Assembly (NCBI GenBank): GCA_011523305.1
Contig: WTHB01000010.1
Span: 20,526-84,525 of the forward strand
Source: Planctomycetaceae bacterium
Lineage (GTDB): Bacteria > Planctomycetota > Planctomycetia > Pirellulales > UBA1268
Reading direction: 5' to 3'
Length of the DNA stretch: 64,000 nucleotides
The notes under the pieces are model-generated. The model was given only the letters and a program-made list of their open reading frames with translations, was not told the origin of the DNA and searched no databases. The position numbers and the translations under genes are program-made. Shown piece by piece: positions 49,584 through 58,664 of the stretch (the stretch's first letter is position 1; each line of letters begins with the position of its first letter).

Positions 49584-50651
49584 ATGCCTTCGCGAACGTG
49601 TTGCTGGAGAATCGCTCGTTGCCTACTCATTGCCGTGTGTCTGGTGGCGGGAACGACGTCCCAGGCAGCAGAGACCTGGAATGCATTTCCTGGAGGCAAC
49701 GGTCCCGGCAAGGGCAAGCGGGTTGTGCTTGTCAGTGGGGATGAAGAGTACCGCAGCGAAGAGGCCCTCACGCAACTGGCGAAGATCCTGGCGACCCGAC
49801 ACGGTTTTGACTGCACGGTGCTCTACGCCATTGATCCCGAGTCGGGAGAGATTGCACCAAACAACCAGAAGAACATTCCCGGTCTTGGGAGCCTGGAGGC
49901 CGCTGATCTGATGGTCATCGCCACCCGATTCCGAAACCTGCCTGATGAGCAGATGAAGAAGATCGATGACTATCTCAAACGAGGTGGGTCGGTGATAGGT
50001 ATGCGGACGGCGACGCATGCCTTCAATCTCGACAAGGAAAGCCCCTACGCCCACTACAGTTTCAACTACCGGGGTGAGAAAAAAGACTGGACGCAGGGCT
50101 TTGGTCGGCTGGTGCTTGGCGAGACCTGGATCAGCCATCATGGCCACCACAAGTTTGAGAGCACGCGGGGTCTGATCGCTCCCGGTGCTGGCGAGCACCC
50201 AATTCTGCGGGGTATCAAGGACGGTGACATCTGGGGGCCGACCGACGTGTATGGCGTGCGGCTGCCGCTGCCGGGTGACAGCCAGCCGCTTGTGCTTGGC
50301 CAGGTGCTTGCTGGCATGGGGCCAGACTCGCCGCCGGTCGAGGGCGTGCAAGAGGGCAGCAAGAACAAGGTTGCCAAGAATGCCCCGATGATGCCGGTCG
50401 CCTGGATCAAGACATACGCTGTCGATGGCGGTCCGAGCGGCCGGGTGTTTACGACGACCATGGGATCGTCGAGTGATCTCTGGTCGACTGGCGTTCGCCG
50501 TCTGCTCGTCAACGCCTGCTACTGGGCAGTGGGGCTGGAGGATGCGATTGACGGCCAGGCTGATGTCGGCATTGTGGGAACGTACCAGCCGACGCCCTTT
50601 GAGTTCATCAAGGACAAGACGATCGGTATCAAGCCGGCTGCTTTGCGTTAA
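49584..50651 (+). CDS. Secreted ThuA-like (class I glutamine amidotransferase-fold) protein
   Basis: Signal peptide MPSRTCCWRIARCLLIAVCLVAGTTSQA, then KRVVLVSGDEEYRSEEALTQLAKIL...ADLMVIATRF...GGSVIGMRTATHAF, a pattern I associate with ThuA-domain proteins. Start chosen at the internal Met. Confidence 0.6.
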   Translation: MPSRTCCWRIARCLLIAVCLVAGTTSQAAETWNAFPGGNGPGKGKRVVLVSGDEEYRSEEALTQLAKILATRHGFDCTVLYAIDPESGEIAPNNQKNIPGLGSLEAADLMVIATRFRNLPDEQMKKIDDYLKRGGSVIGMRTATHAFNLDKESPYAHYSFNYRGEKKDWTQGFGRLVLGETWISHHGHHKFESTRGLIAPGAGEHPILRGIKDGDIWGPTDVYGVRLPLPGDSQPLVLGQVLAGMGPDSPPVEGVQEGSKNKVAKNAPMMPVAWIKTYAVDGGPSGRVFTTTMGSSSDLWSTGVRRLLVNACYWAVGLEDAIDGQADVGIVGTYQPTPFEFIKDKTIGIKPAALR

Positions 50652-50656
50652 GGCGA

Positions 50657-52675
50657 TTACGGAATCGGCCTGATCCAGATGTTGCGGTAGCGGGTGGGGC
50701 TGCCGTGGTCCTGTAGGAACAACGGCCCCTTGCCGGTCGCCTTCAGTTGCTTTTCCACGCCTCGCAGATAGTCAGTCACACCGTGCTTGTACGGGATGTA
50801 CGGTGACCGCGGCTCGGTGAAGGTCACGCCATCCTGCACGAGTTGGCCGTTGAGCCAGGCCTTGAGGGTGCCGGCTGAGCGGAGGCTTCCGTCGGCATTT
50901 CGTTTCGGGGAGATGAACCGAATGTCATACACCTGCCACTGGCCAGTCGGTCGGGCTGCGTTGACCAGCGGCTTGGCGAACCGGTAGAGGCTGCCTTCAT
51001 CCTGGGAGGTAAAGTTCTCGACTCCAAAGGAGTCGTAGATCTGCATTTCGTAGTGGCCGTGGATGTAGAGCCCACTGTTGCCATGAGCCACGGGAGAGGT
51101 CATGAATTCTGCGTGGATGTCGGCGTCTTCGAACCTCACGCTTGAAACGAGGTGGTTGGCATGGCTCTTGGTGCGGGTGACCACCAGGGTGCCATCCTCC
51201 ACCAGCCAATCGATGGGCCCACCCGACATGGCTGTGAACTGGGGTTCGACACCCGGACCAAACAGCACCACGGCATCGGCCGGCCGGGAACTCGGTAGTG
51301 ACGACTGGTCGGGCTGGAAGTCAGCCAGCAGTTGCTTGCTTCGGGTGTCGGGCTTGGCTTGAGCAGCAGTTGGCGGCTTCTTCCCCAGTAGCGTTCGGTC
51401 GGCAAAGTCGGCAAAGTGCATCCAGTCATCCGGCAAGAGAGCATGCTTTCCTGTGCGAATGTGATAGCCAACGGTTTGTCCGACGGGAGTGTTGACCATC
51501 GGCATGTCCTCAGTGCCAACTCCGGTCAGGCCGTAGAGCTTCCAGGCCCGGCCGGCGGCAACCGCGGCCAAAAACTCACCGCTGGGATCAGCCCAGCGGT
51601 CGTCCTCGGCACTGGCCACATAGAGTGGCCGCGGCGCCGCCATGGCAAGCAATGCATGCTGGTCGCAGGGGAGTTCAATTTCGCGATTGGCGTAGTCTGC
51701 CAGCATTGGGCAGAACCAGTGGGGAAACCGACTGGTGATTGCCGCCAGGGTTTCACCGAAGTTCCGCCGAAACAGGGCAGCGCCGCCGCACCCAGATTCA
51801 TTGGAGACCACCAGGGCGAACCGCTGGTCGCAGGCCCCGGCCCAGAGGGCAGCCTTGCCCAGTCGTGAGTGGCCCACCACCACCACCTTGCCGGCATCAA
51901 CCTCCGGCAGAGTGACAAGCCAGTCGAGAATCCGTGACAGGCCCCAGGCCCAGGTGCCGATCGCGCCGGGCTCGTCTTTGGGCAGGCTGCCATCAACGGG
52001 TCGACCGAGTGAGGCGAGCACGCTTTCTGGTCGGCCGTCAGCCCGATCAGGGAAGAAGTCGCCACAGTAGGCCGTGGCCATACCGTAGCCCCGGCTGAGC
52101 ATGGCGGTAACCGGGAAACAGGTTTGGCGGGTGCCGCGAGAGGCAGCGGTGCCGCGATGGTCAACAATGCCCGGTCCGGCGGGAATCCATCCGGACGGAA
52201 GCCAGACTGCGGGGTCGGTGGTTTCCGCTTGGTTCCCCCGGAAATTGAGTTTCAGGAAGACTGGGACCGGGTGGTCTGTCTTCGGGAGGTAGAGCAGCAC
52301 GCTGGTTGTCGGGGAGGTGGCGTTCGTGCCGAGTCGAAGGGTGGCCTGCAGACGAATACCGGTGATGCCGCCCACATCAACGTCGGCTCGTTCGACGCTA
52401 CCGACAACGCTGATCGGCACTGCCGGCAACCGCTTGCCGTAGATGTATTTTTCCAGCATCGTAACCTGGTGGGGCCGCGAGGTCTGTTCCCACTCGGTGA
52501 CGGAGGAGGCAGGTACCTCATCAGGGCCAGCCAGGACATCGGGCAACACAAACGCTCCCGCCAGTGACTCGTCATAGTTGGCAGCAGGTGGTGCCGGCAG
52601 AGCGGGGGTGACTGGGGCCAGCAGCAAGACAGGGAACACGATCAGCCGAAAGACGACAGGCGAGCGGGCAGGCAT
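50657..52675 (-). CDS. Fusion protein: CE15-type glucuronoyl esterase-like alpha/beta hydrolase (N-terminal) plus DUF1080 (3-keto-disaccharide hydrolase-like) domain (C-terminal)
   Basis: Signal peptide, then the CE15 hallmark VVVGHSRLGKAALWAGACDQRFALVVSNESGCGGAAL. The C-terminal roughly 200 aa have DUF1080-type strands (WLVEDGTLVV, DADIHAEFM, NSGLYIHGHYEMQIYDS, LNGQLVQD, GPLFLQDHGSPTRYRNIWIRPI). Confidence 0.7.
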   Translation of the reverse strand: MPARSPVVFRLIVFPVLLLAPVTPALPAPPAANYDESLAGAFVLPDVLAGPDEVPASSVTEWEQTSRPHQVTMLEKYIYGKRLPAVPISVVGSVERADVDVGGITGIRLQATLRLGTNATSPTTSVLLYLPKTDHPVPVFLKLNFRGNQAETTDPAVWLPSGWIPAGPGIVDHRGTAASRGTRQTCFPVTAMLSRGYGMATAYCGDFFPDRADGRPESVLASLGRPVDGSLPKDEPGAIGTWAWGLSRILDWLVTLPEVDAGKVVVVGHSRLGKAALWAGACDQRFALVVSNESGCGGAALFRRNFGETLAAITSRFPHWFCPMLADYANREIELPCDQHALLAMAAPRPLYVASAEDDRWADPSGEFLAAVAAGRAWKLYGLTGVGTEDMPMVNTPVGQTVGYHIRTGKHALLPDDWMHFADFADRTLLGKKPPTAAQAKPDTRSKQLLADFQPDQSSLPSSRPADAVVLFGPGVEPQFTAMSGGPIDWLVEDGTLVVTRTKSHANHLVSSVRFEDADIHAEFMTSPVAHGNSGLYIHGHYEMQIYDSFGVENFTSQDEGSLYRFAKPLVNAARPTGQWQVYDIRFISPKRNADGSLRSAGTLKAWLNGQLVQDGVTFTEPRSPYIPYKHGVTDYLRGVEKQLKATGKGPLFLQDHGSPTRYRNIWIRPIP

Positions 52676-52769
52676 GGAGACTCCTCTTCGTCAGGAAGGC
52701 AACGGCGGCCAAGCATGCAATCGTTCAGGGAGCGAGAACGGTCTCTGCCCTCGGGGGGGGGAGCCGTGA

Positions 52770-53318
52770 TCAGGCCATTCGGCCAGCCCGGCGGAGGTGC
52801 ATGCCCATCGCCAGAAAGGTGGCGGCACTCGAGAGCAGGTTGATGCCGACGAAGATCCCGAGCAGCACACCGGCTGCGGCAGGGCTGCTAGTGAGCAGGA
52901 TGCCACCGAGCAGGCCGGTGATCACGCCATCCAGCAGCAGCCATCCCCACGGGAAGCCGTCACGAATGGCAAAGGCTGCGGCAATTTTTGCAGCCGCCTC
53001 GAAGGAAAGCAGCAGCCCCAGAAAGATCACCAACGCCTCCACGCCCGCTTCGGGAAGCGTCAACATCCCGGTGCCAGCCAGGGTGGAAAGGCCTCCGCAA
53101 AGCAGCATGATCCAGAACCCTCGCCAGGTGTAGGTCCCAATGGCCATGGCCAGCTGAGAGACTCCGGCAGCCAGGAGCGTGACGCCACAGAAGACAGCGA
53201 TCACGGTGGCAGCGACCCAGGGGGCAGCCAATGCGAGCCCTCCGAGGACGGCAAAAATACCCCCAAGGACAAAACACCAAATGGCGACACGGGCGAAGGG
53301 ATCGGTCGATGTGGGCAT
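52770..53318 (-). CDS. HdeD/DUF308 family membrane protein
   Basis: From the Met at 53318. Six hydrophobic helices with the repeated pattern GIFAVLGGLALAAPW...GVTLLAAGVSQL...WGWLLLDGVITGLLGGILL. Confidence 0.7.
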   Translation of the reverse strand: MPTSTDPFARVAIWCFVLGGIFAVLGGLALAAPWVAATVIAVFCGVTLLAAGVSQLAMAIGTYTWRGFWIMLLCGGLSTLAGTGMLTLPEAGVEALVIFLGLLLSFEAAAKIAAAFAIRDGFPWGWLLLDGVITGLLGGILLTSSPAAAGVLLGIFVGINLLSSAATFLAMGMHLRRAGRMA

Positions 53319-53562
53319 GGCAAGACGTCCTCGGGCGTGAAACGAGTGGCAGGACGAGTACGCCGGACGCAATTCGGCCGTACCCCGCCTGGGCGTATTC
53401 TTGCCTGCATGCGGGCCGAAGGGAACCAACCCACTTTTCCTGCCAGGCAACAGTCCGCTGCCCAGAATAGCAGCAGCCACTGGAAGGCTTCAGAAAGGCC
53501 TAAAAAAAGGTGGCGGTGGAATGCGTTGCTGATTGCCTCAGCCGGTGCTACCGTCGAGGGAT

Positions 53563-55812
53563 ATGGACGACGACCTCACCTCTGTGCCTGCCCGCCCGCC
53601 TGCTGAACCCCCTCAGCAGGCATCGTCTGCCGAGGAGTCTGCCGCCACGGTCCTCTCCGGCGGCGAGACCGCCCCGCTCCTGCCAGCCTCTATCAACGAA
53701 CTCGGCAGCCAGCTTCAGGGGCAGCAGCTCGGCGACTACCAGCTTGAAGAGTTTGTCGGTGGTGGTGGCATGGGGGCGGTCTTCAGGGCCCTTGATACCA
53801 CCCTCGACCGAGTTGTCGCGGTCAAGGTGCTGGCTGGCCATCGGTCTACCGATGAAGAGCTGCTGCGGCGGTTCCGCAACGAGGCCCAGTCGGCGGCCCG
53901 GCTGAATCATGAAAACATTGGCCTCGTGCACGCGGTGGGAGCCAGCGACGGCTGGCACTACATCGTGTTTGAGTACATCGAGGGAACCAACCTACGGGAC
54001 ATTGTGCGGCAGCGGGGACCACTCAGCGTGGCCGCGGTGGTTGACATCTCCCTTCAAGTTGCCGCGGCACTTGAGCATGCTGCCCAGCGGAACGTCACCC
54101 ATCGAGACATCAAGCCCTCCAACATCATCATCACACCGGCAGGCCGGGCGAAGCTGGTCGATATGGGGCTGGCTCGCCTCCAGCACGTTGCGGGTGAGCA
54201 AGATCTGACGGTCAGTGGCATGACGCTCGGGACCTTTGACTACATTTCTCCTGAGCAAGCCCGAGATGCCCGGGCCGCCGATATTCGCAGCGATCTGTAC
54301 TCTCTCGGCTGCACGATGTTTTTCATGCTCGTTGGCCGGGCACCGTTTGCTGAGGGCACGATGGTGCAGAAGTTGCTGCAGCATCAGCAGGAGCCTCCAC
54401 CCGCCATCGAATCGCTGCGCGCCGATGTGCCACCGCGGCTGGCTGCGGTCATGCGTCGGCTGATGGCCAAGCAGCCTGCAGAGCGGTTTCAGCGGCCTGC
54501 GGCCCTTGAAGCGGAATTGCTCGGGATCGCGGATGACGAGGGAATCGATCTTTCCGTTGTGCGGCCGGCCCTTGAGCCGGGGGCAGCGGTTGTGAGCCGG
54601 CGGACCAGCATCGTCTGGCCCTGGATCGTTGCCGTTTCGTGCCTTGGGGCCCTGGTGGCGTGGCTGGCCCTGACAAGCACGGCCGAAAAGCCGCTGTCAC
54701 AGGCGGCGGTAGGAACGGGGTGGCCTGAACCAGCGGCAGCCGGACCTTCCGCAGAGACAGCCAACATCAGGCGGGTGGTGCGTCGCCCTGCCAGCGAGAC
54801 AGAGTACGCCACTGTGGCGGCGGCTGTGGCGGCGGCAGCGGACGGTGACGTCATTGAAGTCAATGCCGATGGCGAGCACGCCCTTGGCCCTCTGAGCCTT
54901 GACGGAAAGGCTCTCACGGTGCGGGCTGCCCCGGGGAGACGGCCACAGTTGTGGGTTGATGACCGGTTGTTTCCGGTGGGCGAAGCTGATCAGGCTGTAT
55001 GGCTGGTCAGTGGAGGGCAACTGGACCTCCAAGGCTTGGACATCAGGATGGAACGCGCCAACACGGTGGCAGCCACAAGCCGTTCAATGATCTGGCTCAC
55101 AGCGGGGGCGACCCTGCGGTGCCGGGACGTCGGGCTGGTGTTGGAGGCGGGGCCGCTTCAGGAAGAATCTTTCGGAGCAGTGTTCGACCGGATCGTGACT
55201 GTCGCCGGGCGTGAGCCGGCCGACCGGGAGAGGGTGGAAACCGAGGTCGCTGGTAGTGAGTCGGTGGCTGCTTCTACAGGCATGGCATCAGGGGTGGTTC
55301 TTGAGTTGACCGATGTGATGTTCAACGGCGATGCCACTTGGTGTCGTGTTGAGGGGGGCAGCAATGTGTCGATGCGGTGGACGCGGGGAAGTGTGACCAC
55401 ATCGGGACGATTTCTGGAGGTGGTGGGGAATGCCTCACCGAGTGAGCCGGAGGCAATACTCTCGCTTGATCTTGAGGATGCAACCTTTGCCTGCCAGCAA
55501 GGATTTGCCCGGCTTACTGATACACCAACGCAGTCAAGGGTGCCTCGGCTTCAAGCGACTGTTGCCCGGTGTCGGTTTCTTGTCCCCGAGCCGTCTGCGC
55601 TACTTGAGCAGGTTGGGGTCGCTGAACCGGAAATCTATCAGGTGGCAGTCGACTGGCAGGATTGGCGGGGGCGGTATGAGGGCAGCCGGTGCTATCGCCG
55701 GATCGATGGAGCCGGGGACCCGATCGAAATCGACTATGCCTCCGCAGGGCGATCCCTGCTCTACGAGCCGGGCCTCGACGCCTGGCCCGGCAGGAATGCA
55801 GGGAGTCGCTGA
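53563..55812 (+). CDS. Ser/Thr protein kinase with one TM helix and a large extracytoplasmic domain
   Basis: Kinase motifs GGGGMGAVFRA, VAVKVL, HRDIKPSNIII, DMGLA, SPEQ. TM helix IVWPWIVAVSCLGALVAWLAL. The C-terminal roughly 380 aa begin YATVAAAVAAAADGDVIEV, a start pattern I associate with parallel beta-helix domains. Confidence 0.88.
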   Translation: MDDDLTSVPARPPAEPPQQASSAEESAATVLSGGETAPLLPASINELGSQLQGQQLGDYQLEEFVGGGGMGAVFRALDTTLDRVVAVKVLAGHRSTDEELLRRFRNEAQSAARLNHENIGLVHAVGASDGWHYIVFEYIEGTNLRDIVRQRGPLSVAAVVDISLQVAAALEHAAQRNVTHRDIKPSNIIITPAGRAKLVDMGLARLQHVAGEQDLTVSGMTLGTFDYISPEQARDARAADIRSDLYSLGCTMFFMLVGRAPFAEGTMVQKLLQHQQEPPPAIESLRADVPPRLAAVMRRLMAKQPAERFQRPAALEAELLGIADDEGIDLSVVRPALEPGAAVVSRRTSIVWPWIVAVSCLGALVAWLALTSTAEKPLSQAAVGTGWPEPAAAGPSAETANIRRVVRRPASETEYATVAAAVAAAADGDVIEVNADGEHALGPLSLDGKALTVRAAPGRRPQLWVDDRLFPVGEADQAVWLVSGGQLDLQGLDIRMERANTVAATSRSMIWLTAGATLRCRDVGLVLEAGPLQEESFGAVFDRIVTVAGREPADRERVETEVAGSESVAASTGMASGVVLELTDVMFNGDATWCRVEGGSNVSMRWTRGSVTTSGRFLEVVGNASPSEPEAILSLDLEDATFACQQGFARLTDTPTQSRVPRLQATVARCRFLVPEPSALLEQVGVAEPEIYQVAVDWQDWRGRYEGSRCYRRIDGAGDPIEIDYASAGRSLLYEPGLDAWPGRNAGSR

Positions 55813-56024
55813 GGCGGCGAGCGACGGCCCGGCCGTGGGCAAGAGAAACCGTTTTTCCGGTGTAATGGGGGCTGTTCTGCCGACATAGAAGAACGAATGG
55901 ATGCTTGACAGAAGCATCGAACTGAGCACACCATAGTCAATTCCGTCGGACCCGCAGCCACCGGCATGCCGCCAGCCGACGTCTTCGATCCGATGCCGAA
56001 AATTTCCGCAGGAGCATTTTTAAT

Positions 56025-56384
56025 ATGAGAAGCAGGAAGCAGTTCACGCTCGTAGCCATGGCCGTTGCTGTTTGCGCTGTGGCCATGTCAGCCAGTCCGG
56101 CGTATGCCGTCAAGCAGTTCTACGACGAATTCAAAGAGGTGTACGTCAGCAACGGCTCACTTGACGGGGCTGCTGTAGCAAAGGCCAAGTGCAACATCTG
56201 CCATGAAGGAAAAAGCAAGAAAGACAAGAACGCCTACGGCAAACTGCTTGACGAACTCCTCGACCGCAAGAAGGACGCCAAGAACCCTGCCAAGATTCGT
56301 GAGGCCCTCGAGCAGGTCGCTGGCGAGAAGAGCCCCTCTGGTGAAACCTACGCGGAACTCTTCAAGGCAGGCAAACTTCCCTGA
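56025..56384 (+). CDS. Small secreted mono-haem c-type cytochrome-like protein (119 aa)
   Basis: Signal peptide (FTLVAMAVAVCAVAMSASPAYA), a single CNICH (CxxCH) motif, and AGGAG about 12 nt upstream of the ATG. Confidence 0.6.
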   Translation: MRSRKQFTLVAMAVAVCAVAMSASPAYAVKQFYDEFKEVYVSNGSLDGAAVAKAKCNICHEGKSKKDKNAYGKLLDELLDRKKDAKNPAKIREALEQVAGEKSPSGETYAELFKAGKLP

Positions 56385-56414
56385 GTTGATACCCAGCCTG
56401 CCTGACCACGCCAG

Positions 56415-57767
56415 TCAGGCCATGACACTCCGGCCGGCCTCGAGGAGCTGCTCCTCGAGGCCGGTTGCGTTTTGGATGGTCTCAACGACGTCGTCCCGAA
56501 CGAACAGGCGGACCTGCTTGACGAGGCTGTCAAACTGCCGATGAGCGAGGGCCTGGGTGACCGGTGAAATCTCCGCCAGGGGTTGCCAGCGGACTTCGCC
56601 GGTCGCACCGTGTCGACCACGCACCTGAAGCCGAAACTCAATTTCGCGTTCCGCCGGCGGGGCATCGATGATCAGGCTGCCGCTGGGAATGCTCTTGCCA
56701 GTCGTCTGTGAAAGGCTTTCGGCCAGCCGGTCTGAGGCGGTGGCCAGTCGCTCGTAGGGCAGACCTGCAAGGACCGTGTGGAGTTCAGGGTGAGAACCGG
56801 CATCAAAAGCGGCTGCGCGTTTGTAGAGCCGGCGGTGGCTGCCGAACAGGCCTTGGAGAAGATGCTTGGCCGGCTCACTGTCAGCGCTGGCCGTCAGTAG
56901 GCGGACAAACGCTGCCTCGTCTGACTGGACGAGCGCTTCCGGGGCGATGCTGTCACGGCAGAGCCAAACGGCCCGCTGCAGCATCGCCGTGGCTGCCCGG
57001 ACGGCATGATGCCAGTAGACCTCGCTGAACATCACGTAACGGGCAAACACCATCAGTTCGGCTGCGGTCCGGCCTTTGTCGGTGATGGCCAGTGTCTGAC
57101 CACTGGCGTCGAGACAGAGGCTCGCCAGCAACCGCTCTTGATCGAAGTGCCGGCCATAGGGCACCCCGGCGTGGAGGCTGTCCCGGGACAGATAGTCCAT
57201 CTTGTCGACATCGATCGGCCCGGAAAGCAACGAGGCAAGGATCCGGCCGGCTGGGTCGGTGGCGGTGCCCAGAATCAGACTTGCCAGGCGATCGACCGAA
57301 AGCCCCCAGTCCTCCTGCAGCAGCGAGCCCAACTCACTTGTGGCAAGAATCGTGGGCATCAGGGTTTCGTGTCGGGGCATGCCGTCTAGGCCCATGTCCT
57401 CCATCGGATGACAGTAGGGCCAGTGGCCGATGTCATGCAGCAGCGCGGCGACGATGAACGCGGCGGCATCGTCGCTGGTGACCTGCTCGCAGAACCGCTC
57501 GTCATGCTGCAGGCTCATGAGAAAATCGAGTGCCAACCGGTAGACGCCCAGCGAATGCTCCAGTCGAGAGTGCACGGCGCCGGGATAGACCAGGGACACC
57601 AGGCCGAGTTGCCGAACAGAGGCGAGTCGCCGCAGGGGAGCGGTGTCGAGCAATCGTCGGACCCGATGCGTTAGCGGAACGGTGGTGCCGGGGGGAATCC
57701 GCACGCCACCGTCGGCATGGAGGTTGGCCAATTCGGGAAGGGCGGCAAGTGGCATCACGTCGGGCAA
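56415..57767 (-). CDS. HD-domain phosphohydrolase (COG1078 / SAMHD1-like family)
   Basis: SRLEHSLGVYRLA, ALLHDIGHWPYCH and DVDKMDYLSRD, the HD-superfamily metal ligands in the order typical of dNTP triphosphohydrolase-like proteins. Confidence 0.8.
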   Translation of the reverse strand: MPDVMPLAALPELANLHADGGVRIPPGTTVPLTHRVRRLLDTAPLRRLASVRQLGLVSLVYPGAVHSRLEHSLGVYRLALDFLMSLQHDERFCEQVTSDDAAAFIVAALLHDIGHWPYCHPMEDMGLDGMPRHETLMPTILATSELGSLLQEDWGLSVDRLASLILGTATDPAGRILASLLSGPIDVDKMDYLSRDSLHAGVPYGRHFDQERLLASLCLDASGQTLAITDKGRTAAELMVFARYVMFSEVYWHHAVRAATAMLQRAVWLCRDSIAPEALVQSDEAAFVRLLTASADSEPAKHLLQGLFGSHRRLYKRAAAFDAGSHPELHTVLAGLPYERLATASDRLAESLSQTTGKSIPSGSLIIDAPPAEREIEFRLQVRGRHGATGEVRWQPLAEISPVTQALAHRQFDSLVKQVRLFVRDDVVETIQNATGLEEQLLEAGRSVMA

Positions 57768-57815
57768 GCCAAAGGGGGCAGGGGATGAAGGGCGTTTCGG
57801 GCAGACGGCTGTGGC

Positions 57816-58478
57816 TTAGATCACCGGTGTGATGCCTGCCAGGTAACGCATCAACGCCGTGAGGAAGATGTAGAGTGCGTAGTGACTGACGCCAACGCCC
57901 CAGTCGAGGTCAAAACTGACCACCGCCGCCAGGCCTCCGGCAAACAGGAAAAAGGGTGTCACAAAGGTCCACTGCCAGAGTTCAAGATCGCCCCCAAGCA
58001 GACTGTGAGCTCCCCAGAGGGCGGCGTATGCCAGGCTGCAGGCGAGCACCCGCAGGAACAGGGAACGACCGCTGTAGGCCTCGAGTTCCTTGTCGCGAAA
58101 CACAGCATAGCCAACGCGCACGACCGGCAGGGCGACGACAATGGCGGTGAGAGCCAGCAGCCAGGTGGGAGGGGGGGCGGGGTGGAAGGCCCAGCCAGCA
58201 AACAATGCTGCCAGCAGCAGCATCAGGAAGCCGCCGATCACCAAAGTGATCAGTACGGGTGTGACCGGCTTTTCTTCAAAGACAATCGGGGCCGTCGGCA
58301 TCTGGCCCGACTGGGATGTCGTTGTGGGTTTGGCCGGCTCATGAATCGTGACCGTCGCACCGGCCTTGGGGATCGTGATCGGGCTCTTGCACTTCGGGCA
58401 GGGGCCTGTCTGGCCGGCGAACTTATCGCTGACGTTGAATCGCGTGCGGCACTTTGTGCAGACAACCGAAATAGCCAT
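57816..58478 (-). CDS. Membrane protein with N-terminal MJ0042-type zinc ribbon and about 5 TM helices
   Basis: MAISVVCTKCRTRFNVSDKFAGQTGPCPKCKSPITIP, then hydrophobic helices. 48-nt gap to the downstream HD gene. Confidence 0.7.
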   Translation of the reverse strand: MAISVVCTKCRTRFNVSDKFAGQTGPCPKCKSPITIPKAGATVTIHEPAKPTTTSQSGQMPTAPIVFEEKPVTPVLITLVIGGFLMLLLAALFAGWAFHPAPPPTWLLALTAIVVALPVVRVGYAVFRDKELEAYSGRSLFLRVLACSLAYAALWGAHSLLGGDLELWQWTFVTPFFLFAGGLAAVVSFDLDWGVGVSHYALYIFLTALMRYLAGITPVI

Positions 58479-58664
58479 GCGAGTCGGCTCACAGGGGAAA
58501 AGGGGTCGAAAAAAGGAAGCCGGTCGCGGAATTGAGGGACGGCGACCCTTGAGTCTTCAGCAAAACAGGAGGAGTGTCCGCCTGCCTGCGACCTGGAGTG
58601 TAGAGTATGAAGGCCAAACGGGCCGCTCAAGCCACCCACGCTCCCAACAGCCACCCGTAGTCTC

